From assembly GCA_963676795.2 (NCBI GenBank), contig CAXXTB010000002.1:2176001-2240000 (forward strand): a stretch of 64,000 nucleotides of DNA, read 5' to 3'. Source of the DNA: Geopsychrobacteraceae bacterium (GTDB lineage Bacteria > Desulfobacterota > Desulfuromonadia > Desulfuromonadales > Geopsychrobacteraceae). The position numbers and the translations under genes were made by a program. This document shows, piece by piece, positions 39,901-51,372 of this stretch (position 1 is the stretch's first letter; every line of letters starts with the position of its first letter). A model generated the notes under the pieces. That model made no database searches and was not told where the DNA came from. It was given only the letters and a program-made list of their open reading frames with translations.

Positions 39901-42243
39901 ATGTTTAAACGTTTAAAGCTTGGAGTGAAAATCGGTGGCGGATTTGGCTTGTTGCTGATCATTGCAATCATCCTGGGCGGGCTGGCAATTTTCAATATGA
40001 GCCGGGTGGAAGAAAAATCGATCATGCTCGAGTCGGAATATGTGCCGGAGGTTGATATCGCCAACAAAGTCGAGCGAAGTTCGTTCCGCACCATGTACGC
40101 CATGCGTGCCTATGGTTTCACGGGTGAAAAACAGTATCTGGCGGATGCCAGAGAAAACATGAAGACCCTGCAAGAGCGGCTTGCCAGTGCGAAACAACTG
40201 GGAGACAGCGCTATACACCTCAAGGCCCTGCGCCCTGCGGTTGAAAAGGTTGAAGCAGCCGTCAGTCAATATCAGCAGGCGGTTGACAAGACCGTCGAAA
40301 TCAACGCCCTGATGGAACAGGAGCAGAGAGAACTCGATGCGGCCGCCGCTCAATACATGCGGAACTGCAACGACTATCTGGCCGGACAGAATGAAAAGAT
40401 GAGGTCGGAAATCAGCGCAGGACTGCCGGCAGAAAAACTGTATCGGAGACTCAGCAAGATTAACATCGTCAATGAGATCATCGATGTTGGTAACGCAACC
40501 CGAATCGCAGCTTGGAAATCCCAGGCTGAGAGAAATCCGGAACTGATCCGAAATGCCAACCAGAATTTCGACATCATGAAGGGCAAGTTTGACGAATTAC
40601 GCAAGATCACGACCCATGCTGATGACATGGAACGGATCGCGAACACTGAAAAAGCCGCCTTTGCATATAAAGATGCCATGAACTCCTACCTGGACTACTG
40701 GCTGCAAAATACGGATCTGGGCAAACAGAGAACGGTAATTGGTGATGTCGTCGTCGCCGAAGCCCGCAGCGTTGCCGGTGCCGGAATGGAAGGGACCATG
40801 CGCATCGCCGAGGAAGCCGTCGCGTCGCTGAGCTCTGCCAGCCAGACCATGATCGGCGGGCTGATTGTGGCTCTGCTGATCGGCCTGACCGCTGCCTACA
40901 CCATCACCCGCAGCATCACCAGACCACTGCACCGGGCATTCGCCGTCGTCGGCCAGTACGGCAAGGGCGACACCAGCGACCAGAACCTGCCGATGGGCGA
41001 AAAGGTCAACTGTTCCAGCCTCAACAACTGTGGTCAGAAAAACTGTCCGAGCTATGGCTGTGAAGGCCACTGCTGGGTCGAAACCGGCACCTTCGGTCCG
41101 AACCCGGTCTGTGTCAAGCTGACCAACGGCACCCACAGTGATTGCCGGCAGTGCAAGGTCTACCGGGCCAAGGATGAAATCACTGAACTGGGCTCAGTCC
41201 TGGTCGGTATGGCCAAGAGCCTGCAAGGACGCAGCGAACTGGCCGAAGCAATCGCACGCGGGGATCTGACCCACGATGTCCAGGTGGCCTCGTCAAGCGA
41301 TCAGCTTGGCAACGCCCTGAAGACGATGCTTGAAGGCTTAAGAGATATGGTCGGCAACATCCAGATTGCCGGTGAACAGATTGCGACGGGCTCGGGTCAG
41401 GTCTCGGATGCGTCACAGGCCCTGTCACAAGGGGCGACCGAATCGGCCAGCTCGCTGGAAGAAGTCACCGCCTCGATGAACCAGATGGCCAGCCAGGTCA
41501 GAACCAACGCGGAAAATGCCAGCACTGCCAACCAGCTGTCGAGTGAATCGAAGCTGGCTGCAGAAAAAGGCGACAAGCAGATGTCCGAAATGGTCCAGGC
41601 GATGGAAGAGATCAACCAGGCCGGCCAGAACATCAGCAAGATCATCAAGGTTATCGACGAGATCGCCTTCCAGACCAACCTGCTGGCGCTCAACGCTGCG
41701 GTTGAAGCCGCCCGTGCCGGACAGCACGGCAAAGGCTTTGCCGTTGTCGCCGAAGAGGTCCGCAACCTGGCGGCACGCAGTGCCAAGGCCGCCGAAGAGA
41801 CAGCCCAGCTGATCGAAGGCTCTGTCGCCCTGACCGACCGTGGTTCCCAGATGGCCCAGCAGACCGCAGTCGCCCTGAAGGAGATCATGCAGGGTACGAA
41901 CAAGGTGGCCGACCTGCTTGAAGAGATTGCCGCGGCATCAAACGACCAGGCCCACGGGATCAACCAGGTGACCACAGGTCTGTCCCAGATCGATCAGGTG
42001 ACCCAGCAGAACACCGCCAGCGCCGAAGAGAGTGCCGCAGCAGCCGAAGAGCTGTCAGGCCAGGCCCTGCAGATGCAGGAAATGCTCAAGCGTTTTGTGT
42101 TGAACCACAGGCACCAGGATCAGATCGGAGTGCGTGCTTCAGGAACGACCTACGATCAGGACTGGGGACAGGCACAACCCAAGATGAAACTGGCTATGAA
42201 ACAGCAGATTTCCCTTGACGACGATGAGTTCGGTAAGTTTTAA
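39901..42243 (+). CDS. Methyl-accepting chemotaxis protein with helical periplasmic sensor and Cys-rich HAMP insert
   Basis: Two TMs; [41 protein letters not shown]-terminal DDDEFGKF pentapeptide-like tail. Confidence 0.95.
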   Translation: MFKRLKLGVKIGGGFGLLLIIAIILGGLAIFNMSRVEEKSIMLESEYVPEVDIANKVERSSFRTMYAMRAYGFTGEKQYLADARENMKTLQERLASAKQLGDSAIHLKALRPAVEKVEAAVSQYQQAVDKTVEINALMEQEQRELDAAAAQYMRNCNDYLAGQNEKMRSEISAGLPAEKLYRRLSKINIVNEIIDVGNATRIAAWKSQAERNPELIRNANQNFDIMKGKFDELRKITTHADDMERIANTEKAAFAYKDAMNSYLDYWLQNTDLGKQRTVIGDVVVAEARSVAGAGMEGTMRIAEEAVASLSSASQTMIGGLIVALLIGLTAAYTITRSITRPLHRAFAVVGQYGKGDTSDQNLPMGEKVNCSSLNNCGQKNCPSYGCEGHCWVETGTFGPNPVCVKLTNGTHSDCRQCKVYRAKDEITELGSVLVGMAKSLQGRSELAEAIARGDLTHDVQVASSSDQLGNALKTMLEGLRDMVGNIQIAGEQIATGSGQVSDASQALSQGATESASSLEEVTASMNQMASQVRTNAENASTANQLSSESKLAAEKGDKQMSEMVQAMEEINQAGQNISKIIKVIDEIAFQTNLLALNAAVEAARAGQHGKGFAVVAEEVRNLAARSAKAAEETAQLIEGSVALTDRGSQMAQQTAVALKEIMQGTNKVADLLEEIAAASNDQAHGINQVTTGLSQIDQVTQQNTASAEESAAAAEELSGQALQMQEMLKRFVLNHRHQDQIGVRASGTTYDQDWGQAQPKMKLAMKQQISLDDDEFGKF

Positions 42244-42310
42244 CCCTTAAGTATGGAGGGCGGGCTGGCGGGCTCGTAGGCCGCCAGCCCCTATTTAAAA
42301 AGGATCACCT

Positions 42311-42841
42311 ATGCTTTACCGTCTTTGCAGCCATTGTCACGCAGAGATCGCTCCACCGCAGGAAACTCCCGAAGATAAGGAGCTGATCAGCCACGGAATC
42401 TGTCGAGCCTGCCTGGAAAAAATCATGGCCGGCAGTGGTCAACCGTTCAATGATTTTCTCGATTCGCTGCCGCAGCCTGTCTTTGTTGTCGATCAGCAGG
42501 CGTGCATCGTCGCGGCGAATCACGCCGGCAGAGAGGTTGTCGGCAAAAATGGCGTCGAGATCAACGGGCGCCTGGGGGGGGAAGTCTTTCAATGTGCAGA
42601 AGCCAGCAAGCCAGGCGGCTGCGGCAACCGACAGCTCTGCCGCAGTTGCGTGATCCGGAATTCGGTGATGAATACCTACAGGGATGGACTGCCAAGACGC
42701 AAGGTCCCCGCCTATCACGAACTCGACCTGATTACTGGCCCTCAGAACTTCAAGTTCCTCATCTCAACAGAAAAAATCGCCGACACGGTCTTTTTACGGA
42801 TCGATGACCTGGAACAGGTTGACGAACAGAATCAGAGCTGA
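42311..42841 (+). CDS. Cys-rich PAS-like hypothetical protein
   Basis: CSHC, ISHGICRAC, FLDSLPQPVFVVD..IVAAN (PAS-like), GEVFQC..GGCG..CRSC. Confidence 0.7.
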   Translation: MLYRLCSHCHAEIAPPQETPEDKELISHGICRACLEKIMAGSGQPFNDFLDSLPQPVFVVDQQACIVAANHAGREVVGKNGVEINGRLGGEVFQCAEASKPGGCGNRQLCRSCVIRNSVMNTYRDGLPRRKVPAYHELDLITGPQNFKFLISTEKIADTVFLRIDDLEQVDEQNQS

Positions 42842-43054
42842 TACAGCCAACCAAAGCTGATTCGGGGCCGGTGTACGGAACCCGCTTGAAACTTAATTCT
42901 GGCTTATACACTTCACTTATGTTCAAATTATTATATAGTTTTCCATATATTTATTCTGACGTGGCAACCAAGGCCGAATAAGCAGTAAACAGAGAAGCGC
43001 AATCAGTGTTTGATCTCTGATAACATGCCACACATTCACAAGGATTGCCCTGCG

Positions 43055-46000
43055 ATGAAAATTCGGACGATAAGCGTATTCTTTATCATTCTGGCCTGCG
43101 CCTGGACGGGACTGATCTATTACGTTTGTTCAAGCGAACAGGTCGCCGAGCGAAACTATGTGACACAACAGGCCATCGCAGAAGCAAGGGGGAGCTACAA
43201 TAAAGATCTTGTCTATCGCCGCTGGGTCACCGAGCACGGCGGTGTCTACGTCAAGCCGTCTGGCGACACGCCCCCCAACCCTTACCTGTCCCATATCCCC
43301 GACCGCGATGTAAAAACAACCGAGGGGCAGAACCTGACTCTCGTCAATCCGGCCTACATGACGCGTCAGGTCCATGAGATAGCTCCGGAACAATATGGGG
43401 CCAGAGGGCATATCACCAGCCTGAACGTCCTGAATCCCATAAATACCCCCGATTCCTGGGAGAAAGAGGCTCTTGTCAAGTTCCAACAGGGGCTTAGTGA
43501 AGCGGTTTCCGAAACAACGCTGGACGGTGAACCCTACTTGAGGTTCATGAAGCCGATGATCACCGAAGAGGGGTGTCTGAAATGCCATGGTCATCAGGGT
43601 TATAAAGTCGGCGATATCCGCGGCGGGATCAGTGTTTCGATTCCCATGCAAGACTACCTGGCCAGCTACGCTAGCTTCGTACGTGAGGATCTGGTCAATC
43701 GCGGCATCACGCTCTCGGTCGGACTTGCGCTGATTGCCTTATCTTACCTGTTCTTCATAAGACTAAAGGTGCGAGAAAATCGCTACCTGGCAGCCGTTGA
43801 GACCTCGGAGCAAAAATACCGGGAGATCTTTGATGAATCAACGATCGGAATCGGTCTGGCCGATCCGGTAACGGGGATACTCATCGACTGTAATAGAACC
43901 CTGCTCCAGATGATCGGTTGCCGCAGGGAGGACCTGATTGGCAAACCGCAGTGGATTCTGCATACGAAAGAAGCGCCGGAAGCACAGTTTTCAGAGACCT
44001 TCATCTCTCATCGCGATATCAATCCGAACGGCTACGAAGAAACCACCCTGCTGCACAAATCAGGAGAACTTATTCCTGTCGAAATCAAAGCGAAACCGGT
44101 TGAGCTGGATGGGAAATCGTTATTGCTTGGCTTCTTCAGAAATCTGTCGGAGCAGAAAAACGCCGAACGGGAACTAGCTGAAAACGAGCAAATGTTCCGC
44201 GCTGTCATCAATCACCAAAGCGATGCGATTTTTCTGTGTCCGATTGAAAACGGAACAATATTGCCGATTGTTGTCGTCAACGATATCGCCGTTGAGCGCT
44301 ATGGATACACAAGAGATGAATTCCTGCAACTGACGCCCGCTGAGTTCACGGAAAATAATCCCGATATCTGGAAACGGATCTCTAATGTTCCCAACGAGTC
44401 GGAACGGGTCTTTTTTAAGGCGCTTCACCGTAAGAAAGCGGGCGGGTCATTCCCGGTTGAATGCAGCAGTCGGATTCTGGATCTTCACAACAAAAAATAT
44501 CTGCTGACTGTCGTCCGGGACATTTCGGAACAGGTCGAACAGGACAAGGACCATCAGGAGTTACTGGCACGGCTGAAAAACCTGTCTCTCCAGATCCCCG
44601 GCATGATCTACGAATTCGAACGCGCAGCCGACGGACACTACTCAATCCCCTTTAGCAGTGCTTCCATTTACAAGCTCTTCGGACTGTACCCCGAGCAGGT
44701 GAAAGACAGTACTGAGCCACTGTTGGAGAAGATCTATCCCGAGGATCTGCCTGGAACAGTTCAGACGATCGAACTGTCGGCCGCTCAGCTGACACCATGG
44801 AGGCACGAATTCAGGATCGTGCCAAAAGACGGCAGTCCGATCTGGCTGGAAGGGCACAGCATCCCCCATGCGCATCCGGATGGCCGGATACTCTGGTATG
44901 GATTCGTCAGCGACATCACGCAGAGAAAACTGGATGAACAAAAATACCTGGAGCTGAACCAGCAGTTACAGCATCGCGAGAAAATTGAAACCATAGGACT
45001 GCTCACCAGTGGCATTGCCCACAATTTCAACAACAATCTCGCTGTCATCCTGGGCAATGCCGACCTTGCCAGGAGCAAGGCTCTGACCGCCGAAGAGAGA
45101 GAGGGCCTGCTGCAGAATATCCACACTGCGGCACGGCGGGCCAGTGACCTGGTCAGTCAGATCATGAAGTTCAGCAGAAAAAATGACCTGCAGGAGGACA
45201 TGATCCATTTACCGGACCTCTTACAGGAGATTCAACAGCTGCTGAAATCCACCATTCCGGCGTCTGTCTCCGTACAACTGAACCTTCCAGAAGGCAGCAA
45301 CGCCAAAGTCCTGAAAGCCAACGCGGGGAAGATCCAGGACATTATTTTGAATCTCTGCTCAAATGCTGTCTACGCCATGCAGGACCATGGCCAACTGGCC
45401 ATATCCCTCGATTATATCCATGGAGATTTGCTCGGTGAAGGCGCCGCCAAGGTTCCGAATGATCGATGTTATGCCTGCCTTAAAGTGGCGGACACAGGCT
45501 GCGGTATCCAGGAAGATCTGCTCGAGAAAATCTTCGAACCCTTCTTTACGACAAAGACCGCGGAAAACGGCACAGGTCTCGGGCTTTCAACAATTAAAAA
45601 CACGGTGGAACAGTACGGGGGGACCCTGCGGGTGGAAAGCCGGGTAGGAAGCGGCACGACGTTCAGGATATGCCTTCCGGTCATGTCTATCGATGCCATT
45701 CATTCCGCACCAATGGAGCACTTGTCAATCTCGGGAAACGAGCGAATCCTTTTCGTCGATGACGATCCGATGGTCGCCAAGGTCGGTGCGGATATGCTGA
45801 AGAACCTCGGCTACAGCGTTCAGAAGGTGGAGGACAGCCTCGACGCCTATGAAATCTTTACCAGGGATCCGGATTCCTTTGATTTGATCATCACGGATTA
45901 TATCATGCCTTCTATGACCGGCGTTGACCTCGCCATGAAGATCAAAGATGTTCGCCCTGAAGTTCCAATCTTGTTGGTTTCCGGTTACAGCGAAAAAATC

Positions 46001-46102
46001 AATAAGATGAATATAGAAAACTACAATATCAGCGAGTATTGCTATAAGCCATTCGACATTACAGAATTATCTATTGCGGTGAGAAATGCTCTGACAGGTT
46101 AG
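43055..46102 (+). CDS. Hybrid histidine kinase with DUF3365 heme-c sensor, 3 PAS, HK, REC
   Basis: LVNPAYMTRQ and CLKCH heme motif in the periplasmic domain; GIAHNFNN, FEPFFTTK, GTGLGL; REC LIITDYIMP. Confidence 0.92.
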   Translation: MKIRTISVFFIILACAWTGLIYYVCSSEQVAERNYVTQQAIAEARGSYNKDLVYRRWVTEHGGVYVKPSGDTPPNPYLSHIPDRDVKTTEGQNLTLVNPAYMTRQVHEIAPEQYGARGHITSLNVLNPINTPDSWEKEALVKFQQGLSEAVSETTLDGEPYLRFMKPMITEEGCLKCHGHQGYKVGDIRGGISVSIPMQDYLASYASFVREDLVNRGITLSVGLALIALSYLFFIRLKVRENRYLAAVETSEQKYREIFDESTIGIGLADPVTGILIDCNRTLLQMIGCRREDLIGKPQWILHTKEAPEAQFSETFISHRDINPNGYEETTLLHKSGELIPVEIKAKPVELDGKSLLLGFFRNLSEQKNAERELAENEQMFRAVINHQSDAIFLCPIENGTILPIVVVNDIAVERYGYTRDEFLQLTPAEFTENNPDIWKRISNVPNESERVFFKALHRKKAGGSFPVECSSRILDLHNKKYLLTVVRDISEQVEQDKDHQELLARLKNLSLQIPGMIYEFERAADGHYSIPFSSASIYKLFGLYPEQVKDSTEPLLEKIYPEDLPGTVQTIELSAAQLTPWRHEFRIVPKDGSPIWLEGHSIPHAHPDGRILWYGFVSDITQRKLDEQKYLELNQQLQHREKIETIGLLTSGIAHNFNNNLAVILGNADLARSKALTAEEREGLLQNIHTAARRASDLVSQIMKFSRKNDLQEDMIHLPDLLQEIQQLLKSTIPASVSVQLNLPEGSNAKVLKANAGKIQDIILNLCSNAVYAMQDHGQLAISLDYIHGDLLGEGAAKVPNDRCYACLKVADTGCGIQEDLLEKIFEPFFTTKTAENGTGLGLSTIKNTVEQYGGTLRVESRVGSGTTFRICLPVMSIDAIHSAPMEHLSISGNERILFVDDDPMVAKVGADMLKNLGYSVQKVEDSLDAYEIFTRDPDSFDLIITDYIMPSMTGVDLAMKIKDVRPEVPILLVSGYSEKINKMNIENYNISEYCYKPFDITELSIAVRNALTG

Positions 46103-46190
46103 TGTACCTCTGTTCGGAATCAACAGCATCCGGGGGAAAAGCCTTCCGCGGAGAACAGGAGGATAGACGCAGGCGCAAGATGAGCTAAAC

Positions 46191-46649
46191 TCATTCCGCC
46201 GATAGATTTTTCAGCCGTGCCTCGACAAAGAATTCGCCGTCATCAAGGTAAAAAGGGATGGTGACGGCATCAGCCTGGGCCACAAGGCTCGCGCCGCTGG
46301 CAATCCGGGGCAATGACAGGTGGATACGGGTCCCCTGGGGATCGAACGAGGCTTTGAGCTGCCCGGCGAGAATATTGGCCAACTCTCCAAGGGTGTCGCG
46401 CAGAGATTCCTCTTCCACCTCATCCTCTTCGATGAACAGAAAATCTGAGGTCACATGGGTTGCCGTGGTCGCATCCATCAGGATAGCCAGGTGCCCCTCA
46501 AACTGCCCGCTCAATTCGATCATGCCAACCAGAAACTCGTCGGAAAAGGAGACATCCCGCTGAAAAGGAAGCCCGGCGGAGACACTGATGGCGACACAAC
46601 TGGAGAAGATCTCTTCGGTTGCTTTGATAAGCAGCGGTTCTACTGTCAT
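46191..46649 (-). CDS. cheX: Chemotaxis phosphatase CheX
   Basis: VGMIELSG, DTLGELANILAG (ExxN), LSLP. Confidence 0.85.
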   Translation of the reverse strand: MTVEPLLIKATEEIFSSCVAISVSAGLPFQRDVSFSDEFLVGMIELSGQFEGHLAILMDATTATHVTSDFLFIEEDEVEEESLRDTLGELANILAGQLKASFDPQGTRIHLSLPRIASGASLVAQADAVTIPFYLDDGEFFVEARLKNLSAE

Positions 46650-46708
46650 ATCCCCCTCCTGCAGGTGAGCGGCCTGGAATCAGCCAACTTTCCACTTCAC
46701 GACCCCGG

Positions 46709-48865
46709 TCAGGACAGCATCCGTCGAGTTGCAGACGATTGACTGGCCAGCCGGAAGCGGCCCAGCAGATGCCTGAGCTGCGCGGCCTGACTCGACAATT
46801 CTTCAGCAACAGCCGCTGATTCCTCTGAGGTTGCGGTACTCTGCTGTACCCCGCTATCGATCTGACCGAGCCCCTCATTGACCTGGGAGATCCCTTGCGC
46901 CTGTTCCTGGCTTGACCTGGCGATGTCGGCGACCAGGGTTGCCGCCGTGTTGACGGCGGCGACGATTTCGTTGAGGGATTCAGAGGTTTTCTCCGCGATC
47001 TGGGTGCCATTCTCCCCTTTTTCAACGGAGCCCTGAATCAGTTCGGCCGTTTCTTCCGCAGCCTTGGCGCTGCGCGCGGCCAGGTTGCGGACCTCTTCGG
47101 CGACAACGGCAAAGCCTTTGCCATGCTGTCCGGCGCGCGCCGCTTCAACCGCGGCGTTCAAGGCCAGCAGGTTGGTCTGGAAGGCGATCTCGTCAATGAC
47201 CTTGATAATCCGGCTGATACTCTGACCGGCTTCGTTGATTTCTTTCATCGCCGAAACCATCGCGCCCATCCGCTCACTACCGACTGTCGCGACCCCCTTG
47301 GCCGTTTCAGCCAGGTTGCTCGCCTCGCTGGCGTTATGGGCACTCTGCTGGGTCTGAGCGCTGATCAGGTTCATGGTGCTGGTAATCTCCTGCAGAGAGG
47401 CCGCGGACTCGGTCGCCCCTTGCGACAGGGACTGTGCGGAATCCGAGACCTGAACGCTCCCTGCGTTGATCTGGTCGGCCGCGATCGACACCTCACTGAA
47501 AAATCCGTTGAGGTTGGCCACCATCTCCCTGAATGCCATGCCCATGGAGTCATGCTCCGAAACGGCCGCCACCTCAAGATCCAGGTTACCCTCGGCAATC
47601 TGGCTGGCCTCTTGTGCCTTGACGTTCAGGCTTTCGACCATGTAATTGACGGCCCCGGCCAGCTCTCCGACCTCATCGCGCCCCTGATAATTGACCTTTT
47701 CCCTGAGATCACCATCGGCAACCTTCTGAGCAACCGCAACCGCCATACGCAACGGGACAACGATCCTGCGGGTCGCAAGAAAAATCAGGCCACAGATGAT
47801 AATCAGCAGCATGATCGCGCCAACGGTGAATTGCCACTTGACTGTCGTGATCGTCTTTTCCCCTTCGTCGTTGATCCCCTGAATAATCGCCTTGATCTTG
47901 TCAAGATCATAGCTCAGGGCCATGACTCCGGCCACCTGGCCTGAGAAATCGGGAATCGGGAAGGTGGCGATAAACTGATTGGCGGTCATCTCTTCATGAT
48001 AGCCACGGCTCCCGGCGTCCAGCTGAGCAGCGGTGACCTCCGCATCAGTGATCTCGGCAGCGGTTGAAGAGACAAAGACGTATTTGTCATCCAGCACCGG
48101 GTTTTTGGCCGGATCCTGCAACCGGGTGGCGATCGGCAACAGATCGGCAAGCATATAAACGGCGATCTGATAGTTGTCACTGGTATGATTCGAGGTCAGA
48201 ACCTCGTCAAAAGAACCGAGCACCTCGACCGAACCGGCATGCTTGCCGTCCTTGCCGATCACTGGAGCCAGACCACGGATGGCAAAACCACCGCGTCCGA
48301 CCTCGATACCGCTGATCGGATGGTGGTCCCCCTGATTGATCTGCACAACCGTCTGCCGGAAGGACGACAGGTCATCGGAGATATCGACCTTCTTGCCATC
48401 ACGCATCGCCTGCCAGTCTGTTCTCCACAGGCGGGACAGGCTGCGTGAGCTGGGAACATGGAAGTGGATCTGGAAATCTTTCAGATCGGTCTGATCGGTC
48501 AGCCCCTTGATAAAAGGGGCCATGATCTTGCGCAGCTGCACCCTGGCCTGCTGCATACTGGCATCGTTTTCATCGTTGATGTTCCCGGACAGGGCTAATT
48601 CGTAGACATTCTGAATCTCAGGAACCTCGGTGAATACCGCAGCCTGGGCCAGGGCTGTCTTCCCGACCTGATCGATACTCGAATAAATCATTTTCTGGCG
48701 ATTTTTTGCCTGATCTGAGAGGTTCTGCAGCGTGTAGTCACTGAAGGCCCGCCCCTGGTCTTTAACTTCTCGCTGCAGCACCAAAGTGACGCTGGTCACG
48801 GCAAGCACAGCGGCGATAATAACGAGGACGAAAATAGGCAAGATCAATTTCGTGCTGATTTTCAT
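46709..48865 (-). CDS. Methyl-accepting chemotaxis protein with Cache-type sensor
   Basis: [23 protein letters not shown]ache-like domain, HAMP, conserved MCP hairpin. Start set at ATG 48865 (MKISTK). Confidence 0.93.
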   Translation of the reverse strand: MKISTKLILPIFVLVIIAAVLAVTSVTLVLQREVKDQGRAFSDYTLQNLSDQAKNRQKMIYSSIDQVGKTALAQAAVFTEVPEIQNVYELALSGNINDENDASMQQARVQLRKIMAPFIKGLTDQTDLKDFQIHFHVPSSRSLSRLWRTDWQAMRDGKKVDISDDLSSFRQTVVQINQGDHHPISGIEVGRGGFAIRGLAPVIGKDGKHAGSVEVLGSFDEVLTSNHTSDNYQIAVYMLADLLPIATRLQDPAKNPVLDDKYVFVSSTAAEITDAEVTAAQLDAGSRGYHEEMTANQFIATFPIPDFSGQVAGVMALSYDLDKIKAIIQGINDEGEKTITTVKWQFTVGAIMLLIIICGLIFLATRRIVVPLRMAVAVAQKVADGDLREKVNYQGRDEVGELAGAVNYMVESLNVKAQEASQIAEGNLDLEVAAVSEHDSMGMAFREMVANLNGFFSEVSIAADQINAGSVQVSDSAQSLSQGATESAASLQEITSTMNLISAQTQQSAHNASEASNLAETAKGVATVGSERMGAMVSAMKEINEAGQSISRIIKVIDEIAFQTNLLALNAAVEAARAGQHGKGFAVVAEEVRNLAARSAKAAEETAELIQGSVEKGENGTQIAEKTSESLNEIVAAVNTAATLVADIARSSQEQAQGISQVNEGLGQIDSGVQQSTATSEESAAVAEELSSQAAQLRHLLGRFRLASQSSATRRMLS

Positions 48866-48983
48866 TCGTACCTCCGGGAACCAAACAAAAACTCTGTTTA
48901 TGAAAAAAGTTTCCACAGGCAAACATCTAAAAAATGACATTAAAGAAAGTTTAGCATAGTTTTAAGGAGTTAGCCGGGCACCT

Positions 48984-49017
48984 AAAAAAAAGGGCGCTGT
49001 CTCGGCGCCCTTTTTTT
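48984..49017. terminator. Bidirectional intrinsic terminator after aceA
   Basis: A8-gggcgc..gcgccc-T7. Confidence 0.85.
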
Positions 49018-49094
49018 CATTCCGTACGGGCAGAAGCAGCTCAGGGTTGTTCCCGTTCTTATCCGCACATGAATCTCTGCCCTCTTTGTACAAC

Positions 49095-51344
49095 TCAACG
49101 TTTCGTGATCACCTTATTGAGTTTTGTCTCGTCCTTGACAATCTCCCTGATCCTGTCACCACAGACCTGAGCCACCATGATCTCGCCGACCTCTGTGCGG
49201 ACCTCCTCGTAGATCCCGAGCTTGTTCATCCCTTCGGCCTGGCGCTGACTGTCCTCGGTCGGGCTGACATAATGGACCGAAACAGCCTTGTAGCGGTAGA
49301 TCAGGAACATGGTTACCAGGGTCATCAACCGCTTGAGCCTGAATTCCTCGGTGAAATTGTTCTGATCGCGGATCGAGATCATGTTCCGCTCCTTGCGGTC
49401 CTGCAGGACGGCGAAGACGATGTTGGCCTTGACCTCATCACCGGCCATGACCTTGAGCTCCAGCAGCTCGGAACCGGCGATATGAGGTCTTAAGGCAACA
49501 CGCAGGGCGTAATCCAGTTGATAATGAGAGGTCCAGACCTGGAGCCATTCTTCGAGGCGCTTGGGTGGCACCTCGATCTCGATCAGGTGCTGGAACTGGG
49601 TCGAGCCCTTGCCCATCGCCTTGGTTGTCGCCGTGCCGCCGGTTACGCCCATCAGGGCCGCATCGGAGCGTGGGCCTCCGACGTAGGTCTGCGGCGTGTT
49701 ATACGGCGAGTTGACCAGGCGCAGCTTGCGCTGCAGACGGGCCAGGGCCAGCATGCCGTCTTCCTTGAGTGCCTGGGCGAACTCCTCACCAGCCATACCG
49801 TCCACCTGGTGACCACCGTAGGTGATGAAGTTGAAGACAAAACCGAGCTTGCCGATCTCGGCCGGGAATTTGCGCATCTCATCTTCACTCATGCCGGTAC
49901 TGTCCCAGTTAAAGGAGGGCGACAGGTTGTAGGCCAGCATCTTGTCCGAGTAGGCGGCATGAATGGCATCGGCAAAGATCTTGGCATCATGCAGGTCGGC
50001 CGTTTTGGTCTCCATCCAGATGACATCGGCATAGGGTGCAACCGCCAGCGACTTGGCAATGGCGTAGGGGATACCGCCCTGAATCTGGAAATAGCCCTCC
50101 GGGGTCTTGGCAATATCGCAGTTCCAGATGATATTGAAGCCCATGGAACGGGCTTTGTCCCGCGCCTCGTCAAATGACGCCGTAACGACAAATGCGTTCC
50201 ACTCGTCGATGGTCATCGGCAACTCGGCCCCCTCGTCGAGATGGAAGGCCATGACATCGGCAACCGCCTCGCCGTAGGTCTTCATATTCGCCTCCATCTG
50301 CCAGAAATCGAGCAGACGGGTCGCCGCCTTGTCGAGCGCAGCGTTGATAGCGATGGAGCTGCGGTTCGGCAGCTTTTCGATCAGCGCATCAATCTCCTTG
50401 CTCAGACCGCATCGGTCAAGCCACTGGTCGACCTCAGACCATACGTTATCGGAGATCCGGTACATCAGGTGACCGCTGATCTCGCTGACGCCCCTGGTGT
50501 AAAACGCCCGCATCATGCCGAGAAAAGCATTCTTGTAGCTCGGGATATGGGTCTGGGTTGCGCCGAGAATGAAGTTGTGATCGCGCTCGTCGTTACGCCC
50601 GTCGAGAAAGGTCGCAGATTCAGCGTCGGTCCGCGACACGATAATTCCGGGAACCTTCATCAGATCGAGCTGGAAGCGCGCCGCACAGAGGCGCTTGATC
50701 TGCTCGTCAACCGGGACCAGAACCTTCCCCCCCTGGTGGCCGCACTTCTTGACCCCCGGCTTCTGATCCTCGATATGATAGCCGGCAACCCCGACCTCGA
50801 CGAAACGCCGGATCAGGTTACGGACGTGGGCGTCGCCGCCATGCCCGGTATCTGCATCGGCAATGATAAAGGGGCGGTAATCGACCTCCGGAATTCGTTT
50901 GCGCTCATCGTCACTCATGCGCAGGCGCTGATAGAACTGATTACGGTCAGCAGCGATCAGCGCCCGGACGATCGGCGCCGCTTCGTCGGGAACCTGGCTC
51001 AAGGGGTAACTGGCCAGATCGGGGCCCGGATCTTCCTGCTTCGAACCCTTGGCCGAGGTCGCCCAGCCGCCAAGGTAGATCCCTTCAATCCCCATCCGCT
51101 TGATGGTGACCGCCTGTCCCGGTGAATAGGGACCGAAGGTGGTGATCGACTTTTTCTGGTCAAACAGTTCCCGCAGGCGTCGGTAAAAGGCCTCGGCGGC
51201 ATCCCGGGCGATGGTGTAGTCGACCGGGATCGTCCCCTGCTGCTCGACAACCTGTTCCGCGCTGTAATGCCGCGTAATCTCCTTGAAGCGCAGTTGCTCC
51301 ATCCACTCCTGCATCGCTTTAACATCTTCGTTAAATTTGCTCAT
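49095..51344 (-). CDS. aceA: Isocitrate lyase, long ICL2-type
   Basis: [46 protein letters not shown], plus a C-terminal extension with RLKRLMTL. Confidence 0.93.
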   Translation of the reverse strand: MSKFNEDVKAMQEWMEQLRFKEITRHYSAEQVVEQQGTIPVDYTIARDAAEAFYRRLRELFDQKKSITTFGPYSPGQAVTIKRMGIEGIYLGGWATSAKGSKQEDPGPDLASYPLSQVPDEAAPIVRALIAADRNQFYQRLRMSDDERKRIPEVDYRPFIIADADTGHGGDAHVRNLIRRFVEVGVAGYHIEDQKPGVKKCGHQGGKVLVPVDEQIKRLCAARFQLDLMKVPGIIVSRTDAESATFLDGRNDERDHNFILGATQTHIPSYKNAFLGMMRAFYTRGVSEISGHLMYRISDNVWSEVDQWLDRCGLSKEIDALIEKLPNRSSIAINAALDKAATRLLDFWQMEANMKTYGEAVADVMAFHLDEGAELPMTIDEWNAFVVTASFDEARDKARSMGFNIIWNCDIAKTPEGYFQIQGGIPYAIAKSLAVAPYADVIWMETKTADLHDAKIFADAIHAAYSDKMLAYNLSPSFNWDSTGMSEDEMRKFPAEIGKLGFVFNFITYGGHQVDGMAGEEFAQALKEDGMLALARLQRKLRLVNSPYNTPQTYVGGPRSDAALMGVTGGTATTKAMGKGSTQFQHLIEIEVPPKRLEEWLQVWTSHYQLDYALRVALRPHIAGSELLELKVMAGDEVKANIVFAVLQDRKERNMISIRDQNNFTEEFRLKRLMTLVTMFLIYRYKAVSVHYVSPTEDSQRQAEGMNKLGIYEEVRTEVGEIMVAQVCGDRIREIVKDETKLNKVITKR

Positions 51345-51372
51345 TCTTTCCTCCGGTCCCCCTGATGAGTGG

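Noticed and set aside
41640..47220. Near-identical inverted DNA segments at about 41640-41800 and 47060-47220
   Set aside because: These encode the conserved signalling hairpins of two paralogous MCPs on opposite strands, not a mobile or invertible element.
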